DNA of 64,000 nucleotides from an uncultured virus (IMG/VR IMGVR_UViG_3300002231_000068) (Duplodnaviria; Heunggongvirae; Uroviricota; Caudoviricetes): IMG/VR virus record IMGVR_UViG_3300002231_000068. One strand, given 5' to 3'. Numbering within the stretch: the stretch's first letter is position 1; the number at the start of each line of letters is the position of its first letter. The notes below the pieces were generated by a model. It ran no database searches and was not told the DNA's origin. It saw only the letters and a program-made list of their open reading frames with translations. Both the position numbers and the translations under genes were made by a program. Of the stretch, positions 40,299 through 53,639 are shown piece after piece.

Positions 40299-40664
40299 CT
40301 AATATGAATCCTCTATTACAAAAGCAAATGATTTGGTTTGTTCAACCATGACATTTGATGAATTTTTAATCTCAACTTCACCCTCCCAAATACCAGCGTT
40401 AGCTATTGCTGTGTCTGTGGCACTAAGTTGATATGTGACAATTCCATTTGGTCTATCTGAAAATGTTAATGAGCCATTTATTACTAATGTACCATCTGGT
40501 TTCCAAACTTTCCATGAGCCTTGGTTATATGTAGTTGCATCATTAAGTACCTTAGCACTGCCTGATGAATCTTTAATTGTTAATTGTAAGACAGCTCTTG
40601 AGCCAGATTTGACTCTATATTCCACCGAATTTCCTACCATGTTTGCGCTTGCTGGACTACTCAT
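40299..40664 (-). CDS. BppU-like baseplate/Ig-like virion protein
   Basis: KPDGT, NGIVTYQLSATDTAIANAGIWEGEVEI pattern. Confidence 0.65.
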   Translation of the reverse strand: MSSPASANMVGNSVEYRVKSGSRAVLQLTIKDSSGSAKVLNDATTYNQGSWKVWKPDGTLVINGSLTFSDRPNGIVTYQLSATDTAIANAGIWEGEVEIKNSSNVMVEQTKSFAFVIEDSY

Positions 40665-43600
40665 TATCTTCATCTTTTATATTATTATCTCGTTTATAAA
40701 GATTTCCAGACTTGCTTCTATCATACAATTTTTGTGCTTTCTCTTTAGCCTCGGTTGAAATTGATTTAGCTTTCTCAGCCACTCTTTCAGCTTTACTCTT
40801 AACTTCATCTTTCAATTCCTTACTATTCATATATATCTTAATAGATTTATCTCTCAATGCTGTTACAACATCAGCTGTCTTCTTGTGTGTTCTTAGTGTG
40901 TTTTGTACAACTGATGAACCTATTGAACCAGTAACTAATCCAAATCCAAATCTTACTAATAATAAGAATGATTCTGTTACGTGTACGGTTTCATTTATTA
41001 TTAGTATTAAGTTATTGAATACGTTTCTAAACTCAGTGATGTTTACACCTTCAGTTATTACCTTAGATAATCCTAGTTGTTTTGGTATTCCTTCTATGAT
41101 ATGTACAATAGCAGTGTCTACTCTTACCAAGTCTCTTAGTCTTTGTCTGAACTGTGTTACCGACACACTGTCTGTGACGTGTCTCAATAACTCTCTTACT
41201 CTTACAATAGTTTCTGAGATGTTAACAGTTTCATCTATTACTCTTATTATATCTACTAGTTTACCTTGGAATTGAGATACGTTAACAATCTCATTGATAA
41301 TTCTACTCAACTCTCTGGTTCTTATTACAGACTCAGTGATGTTAACTGCATCTAATGCAACCGTTCTTGCTATGCCTTGAACCTTGGCAAATCCTTCTGT
41401 TATTGTTACGATGTCTGCTATTGATCTAAACTTTCCTATTGCGAACTTTGTGGTTTCAGTTATACCTACAGTCTCATTAACTATAATTCTGATTAACTCT
41501 CTTACTCTACCTCTGAAGTCATCTATTATTACAGAGTCTGTGATATGTCTGATTATATCTCTTACTCTATTAACTATATCAGATACGTTTACATTATCAG
41601 ATAATATTCTACTTAACTCTCTGGTTCTTAAGACAGATTCAGTTATTGATACAACCTCACCTAATATCTTGGATATTGCATTATGTCTAACTAATCCTTC
41701 AGATATTGCAACAGATTCATTAACTATTATTCTGATTAAGTCTCTTAATCTACCTTGGAATTGAGATATTGTTACAGACTCTGATATGCTTCTTATGACA
41801 TCCCTTGCTCTGTATATACCCTCCCACATGATTACAGATTCTGTTATTATTCCAAATCTGTTTCTGATAGTATCTAAAGTATCGTTAGTATTGATAGTAT
41901 CTGATAGTATGCGTGATATCTCTCTGAATCTGTTAAATGATTCTGTGATACTTATTGTTGCATCTGTTATTGTTCTTGAAATTATTCTTGCCTTTGTTGC
42001 ACTCTCTAATACATTAACAGTTTCAGTTACAACTATTCTAATTAAGTCTCTTACTCTACCTCTAAAGTCTTCTACAGTAACCGTATCAGATATGATTCTC
42101 ATTAAGTCTCTAACTCTATCTACAACTTCAGATGTACTTACAGTGTCAGTTATCACTCTAGACATCTCTCTTATTCTTACCAGTGATTCTGTAACACCTA
42201 ATGATTCAGTTACAGTTCTTACCCTACCGAATATTCTTACCAGTGATTCAGATATATCTATAGTTTCAGTTATTATCTTAACAAGTTCTGCTACCTTACC
42301 TTGGAACTGTGTTACATTAACAACCTCATTGATAATTCTGTTAATTATTCTTGTTCTTAATACACTCTCAGTTATTATGACAGACTCACCGATAGTTCTT
42401 TGTAAGAAGTGTAGAATCTTTGTAACCTCATTAATATTAACTGTCTCGTTAATTATTCTCATTAAGTCTCTAACTCTTACTATTGCTTCTGTTATACCTA
42501 CAGATTCACTTATAATCTTGACCAGTTCAGCTACCTTGCCTTGGAATTGAGATACGTTAACAATCTCATTTATGATTCTGTTAAGTACTCTGGTTCTTAA
42601 TACATTCTCAGATATTGCAACAGACTCGTTAATCATTCTCATGATTACATATTGTTTAACGGCTGTTTCGGTTATCTCAACAATGTCTGCTACTGCTTTA
42701 CTTATTGTCTTAAAGTGTGGAACTATGTCAGAGACGTTGACAATTTCATTAATTATTCTCATTAATGTTCTTGTTCTTACTAATGATTCAGTAACTCCTA
42801 CAGTTTCAGTTACAACCATTCTGATTAATTCTCTGGCTCTACCTCTGAAGTCTTCTATTGTGATTGATTCTGATATTGCTTGGAACCTATCTCTGAATAA
42901 TACCATTACATCTGTTAGTCCTATTGATTCACTAATCATTCTGATTAATTCTCTTGATCTACCTACAATCTCTGTTGTATTGACATTATCAGATATTGTT
43001 CTCATTAATGTTCTTACTCTTACTAATGATTCAGTTACTCCTACATTATCAGCAACACTTCTGAATTTCTCAGTTAATCTTGTTATTGATTCAGAGATTA
43101 ATGTACTCTCAGATATCATTCTTATTAATCCTCTAACCCTTACTAGTGATTCAGATACATTAACAGAGTCTGCTATTGTTCTTGCAATTACTCTGAACCT
43201 ACCTTGGAATATATTAATTGTTACAGAGTCACTGATAGCCCTTGCTAATTCTCTACTTCTGTTATTAATTTCTGATGTACTTACACTATCTGCAATTACT
43301 CTTGAGATTACTCTTACTTTATTAACTGCTTCAGTGATGTTTGTAGCATCTACAACAGTTCTCATTAATGTTCTAACTCTAACTATTGGTTCACTTACAG
43401 AGATGTTTTCAGTAACACTTCTGAACTTTTCTGTGAATCTTGTTATTACATCACTTACACTTATAGGTTCACTTAACATTCTAATTAAGTCTCTTACTCT
43501 GTCATTTGTTTCTGTAATACCCACCGTTTCTGTTACAACTATTCTTATTAGATCTCTTACCCTACCTCTGAAGTCTTCTATAGATAAGGAGTCACTTAAT

Positions 43601-46600
43601 ACTCTTATGATTTCTCTTATTCTTATTAGTGATTCATTAATTCCTACAGAGTCTTCTACTATTCTCATTAATGTTCTGATTCTTACAATAGTATCACTGA
43701 TGTTTGTAGACTCTGATATTATTCTAATTAATGTTCTTACTCTACTTACTGTTTCAGATATACTTACATTTTCTGCTATCGTTCTAATTATTTCAATCTT
43801 CTTGAATAGTGATTCAGATACAGATACACTATCACTAATTGTTCTTATAACTTCCCTTGATCTCTTATTGAGCTGCCATATACTTACAGATAGTGATTCA
43901 GTAAATACTCTGATTAATTCTCTTGATTTTATTACAGCTTCATTAACTGATACACTTTCTGCTACATGTCTAATTAATGTTCTTATCCTATCAGTTCCTT
44001 CAGATATATTGATTGTTTCTGTTATTGGTCTAGCTACCTCTCTGAATCTATTGAATACTTCAGTTATTCCTATTGATTCTGATACCCATCTGATTAATCC
44101 TATAGCGTATTGGTTTGTCTCGCTAACAGATACATTGTCTGATACAGTTCTTGAGATTACCCTTGTCTTTTTCTTGTACTCCTTGGAATATAGATACTGC
44201 AACTGATTCTGCAACATTCTTGAATTTGTTTAATAGTCTACCAGTTGTTTCTACTATAGATACATTGTCATCAACAATTCTACTCATCTCTCTTGATTTA
44301 TCTACAGTCTCATTGATGATTACTGCTGGCTCTGTAATTGTTTTGTTGAATGTTCTTACTGGCTGTGAAGATTCTCCAATAGATACATTCTCTATTACAG
44401 ATACGAATGTGTCCTTCTTAACAGATATTGATTCTGTAATTCCTACTTCATCTATTACATAGTGGTTTAGTTCCTCTATGTGTAGAGGTGTTCTTGTTGC
44501 AAACACGTTATGCTGGAATATGTTTTCTTGATATATCTTGGTCTCTTTCTCTTCAATGTCAGATTTGTAATATGTTCTCTGGAATATTGCCTTTGGATAA
44601 CCAAATGAAGGTTGCTGGAATACATCTGTTTGGAATATTCTGTATACTAAGTTTCTATCAAATATGTCACCTTGGAATATATCGCTTTGGTAAATACTAC
44701 TGAATACTTTCTCTGTCTTTTCTCTACGTCTACCACTTGGGAATATTGTGTATCTGTCTTGGAATACATTACTTTGGAATATGTCTGCTTGGAACGGATT
44801 GTATACAAATGAAACAGTTCTCCATCTGAATGGTACTGTAGTATCTATAGACTTTACAGTATCTAATATTACCTGTACCTTTTGAATAACCTTCTTTGTT
44901 GTTTCTATTAGTGTTACATTCTCAGCCACTGATACTGTCTTACCCTTACCAGAGAATGTTGTCTCTGTAATACCGACACTATCGCTTGCAGTCTTAACAA
45001 ATCCAAATCTATGTGCTTCACTGTCTGTAACTCCGACTGTATCATATATCGATTGTTTGATAACAGTAGGTGCTTGGAATACATCTGCTTGGAATACTTT
45101 CTGTTGGAATATCTTTGTCTGTACCTGTCTAGTATCTCTAACTTTCTGGAATACATCTTGCTGGAATACATCTGTTTGGAAAGTGTTAGGTATTGTGGTT
45201 GTAACAAACTGTTTCTGGAATACATTACTCTGGAATACATTAGATTGATATACTTTCTTAACAGTTGTACTAGATGGATCCCATAGTTTCTGGAATACAT
45301 CACCATCAAATATATCAGTCTGGAATATTGCTGGGATAGTAAATATTACTTGTTCTTTAAACTCTTTAGTGTAAGTCTAATATTTCTACACTATCATTGA
45401 CTGTAACTGATTTTGGTGTTGCCCTTGCTAGTGTTTCAGATATTGCAATATTTTCTGTTACTGTTGCTTTAACTGTCTTCTTTACAATAGAGTTAACTTG
45501 TTCTGATATTCCTACACTGTCAACCTCTGTCTTAACATCTCCCTTTACTATTGTTATTACATCTGTAATTCCTACAGTGTCATATACTGCCTTTGATCTA
45601 CCTATTGCAGTTTGGAATACATTGCTCTGGAATATGTATGGCTGGAATACAACAGTTGATTGTTTTAATTTGTTGAATGCTTCTGTTGCAAATATACTTG
45701 ATTGGAATACTCCACTTTGGAATAGTGCTGGTATAATATCTGTAGTAAATGATGCAGTTTGGAATACATCTCCATCGAATATGTTAGACTGGAATACTTT
45801 TGTAACAGTTGTACTAGATGGATCCCATAACTTTTGGAATATATCTTGGTCAAATATATTTGTCTGGAATACTCTTGGAATTGTAAATATTGTTTGTTTC
45901 TTAAATGTATCTGAGTAAATATCTTTTACTATAACATTTTCTGTTAATGTAACTGCCTTTGGTGTTGCCCTTGCTAGTGATTCTGTTAATGAAATAGTAT
46001 CTGTTACTGATTTACTAATTGTCTTTCTTACAACACTGTTAACTGCTTCATTTATTCCTACACTATCTACTACAGATTTTACAAATCCTTCAATCTTTAA
46101 TGTTGCTTCACTTATTCCTACATTTTCTATTATAGTCTTTGGTCTAGGTATTGCAGATTGGAATACATTAGATTGGAATACGAATGGCTGGAATACAACA
46201 GTTGATTTCTTTAATATGTTAAATACATTTCTTGTAAACACTTTACTTTGGAATATATCTGCTTGGAATATTGCTGGTTTTAGATGTGTACTGTATGCTT
46301 TCTGGAATACATCTTGGTCAAATATATTTGTCTGGAATAGTTTAGTAATTGAAGTACTAGATGGATCCCATAGCTGCTGGAATACATCATTATCGAATAT
46401 GTTTGTCTGGAATATTCTTGGAATTGTGAATATTACTTGTTTCTTAAAGTGATCTAAGTAAGTGTCTATTATACTTACAGTGTCATCAACAGTTACAAAC
46501 TTTGGTACAGATCTGTTATTTAGTTCTGTAATTCCTACAATGTCAGTTACACTCTTTGTTATTGTTCTTTGTTTTAATACACTAACAGTTTCAACTATTC

Positions 46601-49600
46601 CTACAGTGTCAGATTCTTTCTTTACAAATCCTTCTACCTTGTTTGTTGTTTCTATTATTCCTATTGTATCATATACAACGTGTGATTTACTGATTGGTGC
46701 TTGGAATACATCAGAGTCAAATATGTATGGCTGGAATACAAATGTAGATACCTTTCTTGTATCATATTCTTTTTGCCAGAACAAGCCAGCAAATACATTA
46801 GATTGGAACGGTGATTGTATGATGAATTTATTAAATCCAGTACCAAACACATCTGAATCAAATACATTACTTTGGAATATTCTTGTAATAAGCCTATGCT
46901 GGTCGTATCTCTTCTGGAATATATCTTGGTCAAATAGATTAGTCTGGAATACATTGTTAACAAAGAATTGAACTTGTTTATCTTTTATTGCAGTTGTTTC
47001 ATCTATTCCTATTGATTCACCTATTGCTAGTTTCCATGTTCTTTGTTTGAATATTGGTGTTGTATCTACAACAGACACACTGTCGTTAACACTTCTTGCA
47101 AGTGTTCTTGCTCTAGATAATGTTTCTACAATATTGATAGTATCTGCTGGTCTCTTAGATGAACCAAATACAACTCTTAATGTTTCAACTATATTCTCTA
47201 TTTCTTCAAGATCTTTCTTTATTGGTGCTGGTGATTGGAATAGTGGGTATTGATAAATACCTGAGAATACTGGTCTTAATGCTGTGACAGCAGTATCAAA
47301 TGCTTTGGTCTGGAATAATTTGTCTTGGAATACATTGCTCTGGAATAGTTTCTTAACAGCACTTGATGTTTGGAACCTTGCTTGGAATATATCAGATTGG
47401 AATATATTTCTCTGGAATAATCTGTTAAGTGGTGCTGTCTTATCAAATGTTTTCTGGAATATATTACTTGCAAACACATTAGTTTGGAATATAGAACCTA
47501 CAGTTCTTTCTAATGGTTGTAGTTTTTGCTGGAATATATCTGACTGGAATACATTGCTCTGGAATATTATTGGTTTAATTGCATTCTTATCATATGTTTT
47601 CTGGAATACTTTATTATCGAATACGTTAGACTGGAATATTTTATTTACATAACTTGGTGTTATTGCATAGTGTTTTGGTGTACCAGATTCATTTATGTTA
47701 ACACTATCTGTTAATGTTCTTAGTATTGTTCTTGCTCTTACCACTAATTCATTTATGTTTTCTAACTCTGATATGTTCTTATACCATGGGAATACAACAC
47801 TTTCTGTAACACTAATATTTTCATTAACTACTCTTATTCTTTCTATTGGTTTTAATCTAAACTCAGTTGTATTAACAACTTCATCAACTACTCTTACAAT
47901 ACTTCTTATTCTTTCTGTTGTTTCAGATACATTGATTGTTTCATCTATCTGTTTATGTTTCTTGTAAGCAACTGTTTCACTAACATTAATATTGTCTGAT
48001 GATAATCTAACAATACCAAATACTTTTGTAAATAGTTCTGTAATACCTATTGTATCACTAGATGTTTTTACGAAACCTTCACGTGGAACTGCTACATCTG
48101 TAACTCCTACAGTGTCTGTCACTGATTTAAATACATCTGTAATTATTCTTTTTGCAGTTGTTTCTGTAATTCCTATAGAATCTAATGGTGATGTCTTAAC
48201 AACTGGTACACTTGTTTGGAATACTAAGTTTTGGAATACACCTATCTGGAATATGTTTTGTAGTGAACCAAGTATTGATTTTAGATATCCTTTACTTTGG
48301 AATACAGTACTTTGATAAATACTACTAAATACTTTTGATACTGTTTGTGGGTTAAATGCTTTCTGGAATATGTTTTGCTGGAATACATTTGTTTGGAATA
48401 CTTTAGTAATTTCAGGTCTACTAATTAAGTATCTCTTTTGGAATATATCTTGGTCAAAGATGTTTGTTTGGAATAATTTAGCTACAACNTTTGGATCTCT
48501 TACAGATTCACCCACTGTATTTTCTGTTACAATTAATGTATCTGCTAATACTTTATTCTTACCTATTGCAATGTTTACACTTTTCAGTTACACTCAAACT
48601 ATCTGTTGATGGTGTATCTGATAAGTCTCTACCAGTTGCATTCTCAATGTAATTGTTTTGTTCTGTAATACCTACACTGTCAGATATTGTCTGTGGTCTA
48701 CCTTTAGCGAACGAAATAGATTCTGTAATACCTACGTTATCTAATGATAATTTTTCTTTCTCTATTGTTTGATGGAATAAACCTTGCTGGAATACGCCAG
48801 ATTGGAATACACTTCTATTAACTGTTGTTTTATTATAAGCAGTTTGGAATACATCACTATCAAATATACTACTGAATACATTTGGTACACTCTGTACGTT
48901 AGATGCTTTCTGGAATATGTCTTGCTGGAAAACATTAGTCTGGAAAACTTTTGGTGCTGATTCTCTAACTCTCTTATACTTAAACTGGAATATGTTACTT
49001 TGAAATATGTTATTTTGAAATACCTTAAACACATACGTTGTGTCTGTTTTAATATTATAAACTGTAAATTCGACTATGCTTTCTACATTTTGCAGTGGCT
49101 TACTCCGAGCCCTTGTATGATAAAATGCCTCAGTTATTCTTTCTAAATCTTGCCTTGATTTTGTTTTACCCATGACCTTGTATACTTGCATAACAAGTTG
49201 TACTGCGTCATATGTTATTCTTGGGAACCCTATTGCTTTTGGTTGAGTTTCTTGTACTCCTATTATTTCTTGTATTACTTTAATTAGTGAGTTTGGTACA
49301 TCAAATATATCACCTTGGAATAAACCAGATTGGAATACATATTTACCAGCGTTAGCTACTTGATATGTTTGGAATAATACATCTTGGAATATGTTTCTTT
49401 GGAATAATTGTCTTGGATAAACATTTATTATGTGAGGTTGCTGGAATATATCTGTGTCAAATATGTTAGACTGGAATATTTTAGCGATAGTTCCATATGA
49501 TATTTGTGTATATTGTTTTTGGAATAATAACTTACTGTTGTATGTTTTTTGAAATATGTTTGTTTGAAATGGGTTTCTTATATATGTTATAGATGTAGGT

Positions 49601-49719
49601 GCTTGTTGAAATAAATCTGAATCAAAAATAGACCCCTGAAATGTTTTACCAAGTGTCTGATTTATAGAGAAAAGATCATTATCGAATAGGTTAGTTTGAA
49701 AAACCTTTAGGAAAGCCAT
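40657..49719 (-). CDS. Giant (~3000 aa) repetitive virion/fibre protein, split by three apparent indels (~48585, ~45372, ~44170)
   Basis: Continuous FQxNIFQ pentapeptide blocks and ~19-aa (I/V)xE(S/T)VxIxE repeats across all consecutive ORFs. Confidence 0.7.
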
Positions 49720-49737
49720 TTGAGGCTACTCCTTTAT

Positions 49738-52680
49738 CTATGCTTCACCGTTTAATTGTAGGCTAGCATCTGTTGCTGTCATTGGCTGGTGTCCATGGTT
49801 GAATGATATATCGTTTGAATTGTGATATTTCACTCTGATGGAACTGAATGCTATTCTCTTATTTCCAGAGTCTTTACATCTAATTCTATAGGATGTAGTG
49901 TCTGCGATTGGAACTCTAATATAGTTTGATTCGCCATCTGTTAATGCTGATACGTTAATTGTTCTTACTGTGGTGTAAGTTGGTTCTACACTATCTGATG
50001 TCTGGTCATCGTTACGTTTCTGTATTTCTAATTGTGTTGCTGTCATGATGTCAGTTGTTGCATTAGATGATGCTCCGTTATGTGTATAGTTTTTCTTTAG
50101 TGGAACTATATCTATATGTGATACATACTTTCTTGGTGTATCTGCATAGTAGTAATATCTGAACTGTGCTTGTTGTTCTTGTGATCTGGAGTGATGATAC
50201 ATTCTTAAGTATCTCCAGTAACCACTGATTACAATTACTCTCTCATCATATGAACCGTAATAGTTTTCATCAAAACATATTTCCTCCCAGTCATCTGAAC
50301 TATCTCTAACGAATGGAGTAGAACTAGAGTCTGTAGGTGAGAATGTTGAACTTGATTGTGGTTGTGCGAAGAACATAAATGAACCATATCTGTAATAAAC
50401 TCTCATTATGATTGTTCTGTGTGCATAAGTACTAAAGTCTGCTTGTCTGTAAGCATCGAACTCATCATCCTCAAAGTTTTGTCTTCTAACATTGTAATAG
50501 GTTTGTGTGTAAGAGTCTAATGAATCTGAATCGTTATCCCAGAAGTTTGTATGAGTTGAACCGTCTGTTGTTTCCCATGTACCACTTGTATTCCAAGTGT
50601 ATGTGTAAGGGTCTGAACTTGAAATATCTTTCTTCCAATCAGATTGATGACTTCTACTTCTACCATATTGGTTATTTTTCCATTGTGCTTCTCCGACATA
50701 ACAATCTATGTATGGGTTTGCTTCGTTTGGAGAGACATAACAGTCTGCACCCCATTTCCATTCAACGTATGGTGTCCAATTATCATCACTTGATACTGAA
50801 CCTTCATTATACCAATAATGTGCTGTGCTTGTTGCTCCAGTTCTATTCATTGTTGGAACTCCACCTGATTGTGAACTTGATTGTCTTTGATATAAATTAC
50901 AGAATCTCATGTATTGACCAGACCAGTTATCATCTATATCGTTGTTAGGGTCATTTCTCATAGCGATGTGAACTCTAGCTGTTGAAGAGTTTGATTGACC
51001 ACGATAAAATGGTGCTGGAATAGTATAACCGTCAGCTGCATCTGTTTTTGTAGGTGCTTCTAACTCTACTAAGAATAAATCTTCTGTTCTTGGTGTATAA
51101 CCATCAAAGAAAAATTCACATTTAGTTGCACCAGCTTTACCAGCTGTTGTACCTAATGTTGAAACATCTATCCAGTTTTGTGAACGTGCTCTAAAGTGTG
51201 ATGTTGAGTTTTCTCCATAGATAACTCCTCTAAGTCTACCAGTTGGACTACCTTCTTTCCATAGCCAGAATGATACACTTCTTAATGGATAACCGAAATA
51301 TTTAACCCAATTAAATTCTGAATCTCTTTCTCCGTTGAATCTATTTGTAACTGCTGGATGTTCTTGTGAATCTATTCTGCATCCTACTGCATCCCAGAAG
51401 TTTGATGATTCGTTACCAATACATTTATGGTCACTGTTTGTGTTTTCAGTTCCAGTGACTGGGAAGTTTCTAAAGATTGTTGCTCCATGCATTTCTCTTC
51501 CACCAATTTCTACGCCTGATGGTTTAGTTCCAGTTGCATCTCTTTCCCATGCTCTTCTTGTTAAGTAATAAGGTGCTGACATTGTTCCGTTAGAACCGTT
51601 CCAGAATTGAACATAGTCTACTCTTGCATCCATCATACCTTGACCACTTGTGGTTCCGTTAGTACCTGACATTTTAATATATCTTAGTCTTTGGTCGTTT
51701 TGGGTTGTAGAGTTTCCATCTTCTGATTCGTCTGGGTCAGTAAAGTAATTCTTTGCATCTTGATCTTGATAATATTCATCTACACATTCTCTAAAGTCTT
51801 GGTCTGCATATCTTCTAAAGAAGAATCTGTTTCCATGTCTTATAATTTCAAGGAATACTCTTGTTTTGTGTGCCCATGCATTGTTTGTCTGTGAATAGTT
51901 AATTGAACCACCCATTGAATCATCTCTAGCATTATCTCTTGGATTTTGTGAACCATAACATGAACCCCAAGTCCAGTCGCCTGTTGATGTAGATGCTCTA
52001 TAAACAAATCCTACAAAGTTTTGTGAGTCATTACAATCTTTGGTTTCATCTTTTGATGATAGTCCAAAACAAATATCTCCCTGTGTTCTTGATGATTGGT
52101 TTGGTCTAAATGTAAATCTTAATGTCCAGTTTCTTACGTCTACTTTGTTATCTCCTAATAATGCGTATAAATCATAAACTGATGTTGAGTCATCTGCTTG
52201 ACCATGTAGTGAACCACCTGAAACATATGCTCCATCTCCAGAATGTGTCCATCCAGAAGTGTGTCCAGTTGAAAAGTCAGAACGATATGTTGCAAACTGA
52301 TCTCTCTTTCTGTTTTGTACATTAACTCCTAATACTGGTTCATAACTTGAATATTTTCCTACTGTATCATAAGCCATTACTGCTGATTTAGCTCCTACAC
52401 CAGAACTTGATGCTAATTCAGCTGCTACTCCACTTGCGTTGAAACCGATTGTTTTGTTTGCTGAACCGTTTGCTAGTGCTGATAATGGTATAGTACCACT
52501 TGTAATTTCAGAACCTTCAATAGTTGCACCGACACCAGCTGCTACCCAAGCAGAACCGTTCCAGATAAAATCTTTTTTGGTATCTGTTTCTGTAAAAACT
52601 GAGTTAACTGCTACTGTAGTTGGTTTTGTATCAGCTGCTACACCAGTTATTCTGTTGCCTGCTAAATATTTAATTGCCAT
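49738..52680 (-). CDS. Tail fibre / receptor-binding protein
   Basis: 980 aa; MAIKYLAGNRITG N-terminus; beta-rich aromatic lectin-like segments; in the tail module. Confidence 0.65.
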   Translation of the reverse strand: MAIKYLAGNRITGVAADTKPTTVAVNSVFTETDTKKDFIWNGSAWVAAGVGATIEGSEITSGTIPLSALANGSANKTIGFNASGVAAELASSSGVGAKSAVMAYDTVGKYSSYEPVLGVNVQNRKRDQFATYRSDFSTGHTSGWTHSGDGAYVSGGSLHGQADDSTSVYDLYALLGDNKVDVRNWTLRFTFRPNQSSRTQGDICFGLSSKDETKDCNDSQNFVGFVYRASTSTGDWTWGSCYGSQNPRDNARDDSMGGSINYSQTNNAWAHKTRVFLEIIRHGNRFFFRRYADQDFRECVDEYYQDQDAKNYFTDPDESEDGNSTTQNDQRLRYIKMSGTNGTTSGQGMMDARVDYVQFWNGSNGTMSAPYYLTRRAWERDATGTKPSGVEIGGREMHGATIFRNFPVTGTENTNSDHKCIGNESSNFWDAVGCRIDSQEHPAVTNRFNGERDSEFNWVKYFGYPLRSVSFWLWKEGSPTGRLRGVIYGENSTSHFRARSQNWIDVSTLGTTAGKAGATKCEFFFDGYTPRTEDLFLVELEAPTKTDAADGYTIPAPFYRGQSNSSTARVHIAMRNDPNNDIDDNWSGQYMRFCNLYQRQSSSQSGGVPTMNRTGATSTAHYWYNEGSVSSDDNWTPYVEWKWGADCYVSPNEANPYIDCYVGEAQWKNNQYGRSRSHQSDWKKDISSSDPYTYTWNTSGTWETTDGSTHTNFWDNDSDSLDSYTQTYYNVRRQNFEDDEFDAYRQADFSTYAHRTIIMRVYYRYGSFMFFAQPQSSSTFSPTDSSSTPFVRDSSDDWEEICFDENYYGSYDERVIVISGYWRYLRMYHHSRSQEQQAQFRYYYYADTPRKYVSHIDIVPLKKNYTHNGASSNATTDIMTATQLEIQKRNDDQTSDSVEPTYTTVRTINVSALTDGESNYIRVPIADTTSYRIRCKDSGNKRIAFSSIRVKYHNSNDISFNHGHQPMTATDASLQLNGEA

Positions 52681-52682
52681 GT

Positions 52683-53534
52683 TTATGCCACCTGTACCTC
52701 GTTATATGAGCCTGCTTTCTTAATCTTAATAAATATTCCGTCATTGTTTGAATCTATACTCTTAACATATACAAGGCATTTGTTAGCACTTGGGTCTGCT
52801 GGTGCTGAACCTACTCTGTCTAAGTCTATTGGACTGAATACATCATTTCCGTTAATTTTAAATTTCTTACCACTTGCAATATCTACGTTTTGTGATATGT
52901 CAAAGTCACCAGTTGCGTTTGTATATGTGATGGTTTTATCTGTACTACCTTTGATTGTAATACCAGCTCCATCTGCTAGTGCATCTGTAGGACTTGCTGT
53001 TGCAGCTAATTCTATGTTTTTATCATCTACTGATACTGTTGTAGAATTAATAGTTGTAGTTGCTCCGTTAACTGTTAAGTTTCCAGATAGTGTCATGCTT
53101 GCACCTGAGATTGTACCTGTAAATGCTGGGCTTGCTGTAGGTGCTCCACCATATTGATACCAGTTTGTTGATTTTCTAATGAAAATTGCTGGTTCAGTAG
53201 TACTTAAGTCTAAGTCTCCACCTGATTTTGTATAAATATTACCAGTTCCATGTTTTATTGTTGCTGTACCAGTTGTAGTTACCCATAAAAGATCGTTTTC
53301 GTTTGTATCTGCTGTTGCAAAAGTTGCAACATCTGTTGAACCTGTTAATGATATTACAGAGTTTGTTACTGCTACACTTGTTGCTGATGCTACTGTTTGT
53401 GCTGTAAATCCTAACATTCCAGCTGCATCTGGGTCTGCGTTCCATTCATTAGTACCGATTGGTGCTGATGGATCGTCAGGGTATGCTGATGCATCTACTT
53501 GTGTTGCGTGTTTGAATATTGCTTTACGTGCCAT
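52683..53534 (-). CDS. Tail fibre-like structural protein
   Basis: GNLTVNGATTTINSTTVSVDDKNIEL...ADGAGITI motif typical of phage fibre proteins. Confidence 0.7.
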   Translation of the reverse strand: MARKAIFKHATQVDASAYPDDPSAPIGTNEWNADPDAAGMLGFTAQTVASATSVAVTNSVISLTGSTDVATFATADTNENDLLWVTTTGTATIKHGTGNIYTKSGGDLDLSTTEPAIFIRKSTNWYQYGGAPTASPAFTGTISGASMTLSGNLTVNGATTTINSTTVSVDDKNIELAATASPTDALADGAGITIKGSTDKTITYTNATGDFDISQNVDIASGKKFKINGNDVFSPIDLDRVGSAPADPSANKCLVYVKSIDSNNDGIFIKIKKAGSYNEVQVA

Positions 53535-53639
53535 TTTAATCTATTTTAACTCCTTTTTTTACGATAACATTTTCAGCAGTGTGTATTTTACTGTCAGGGT
53601 TATCTTTTTGTTGTTTTAGAAATTTAAATCCCATTTTTA

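Noticed and set aside
44123..48600. Programmed frameshifts or phase variation in the giant repeat gene
   Set aside because: Two of the three breaks are one extra A in short A-runs, matching the window-wide error pattern; cannot be supported without reads.
40712..48609. Long plus-strand ORFs (e.g. 42572-44206, 544 aa)
   Set aside because: Antisense shadows of the repetitive minus-strand gene; no promoters, and composition mirrors the codon bias of the real gene.
44500..49600. Repeated TGGAATA/TTCCAG as archaeal ORB origin boxes or a DNA repeat array
   Set aside because: They are the codons for the (I/V)FQ peptide repeat and vary at synonymous positions.
49738..52680. Diversity-generating retroelement targeting the fibre gene
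   Set aside because: No reverse transcriptase and no template/variable repeat pair seen by eye.
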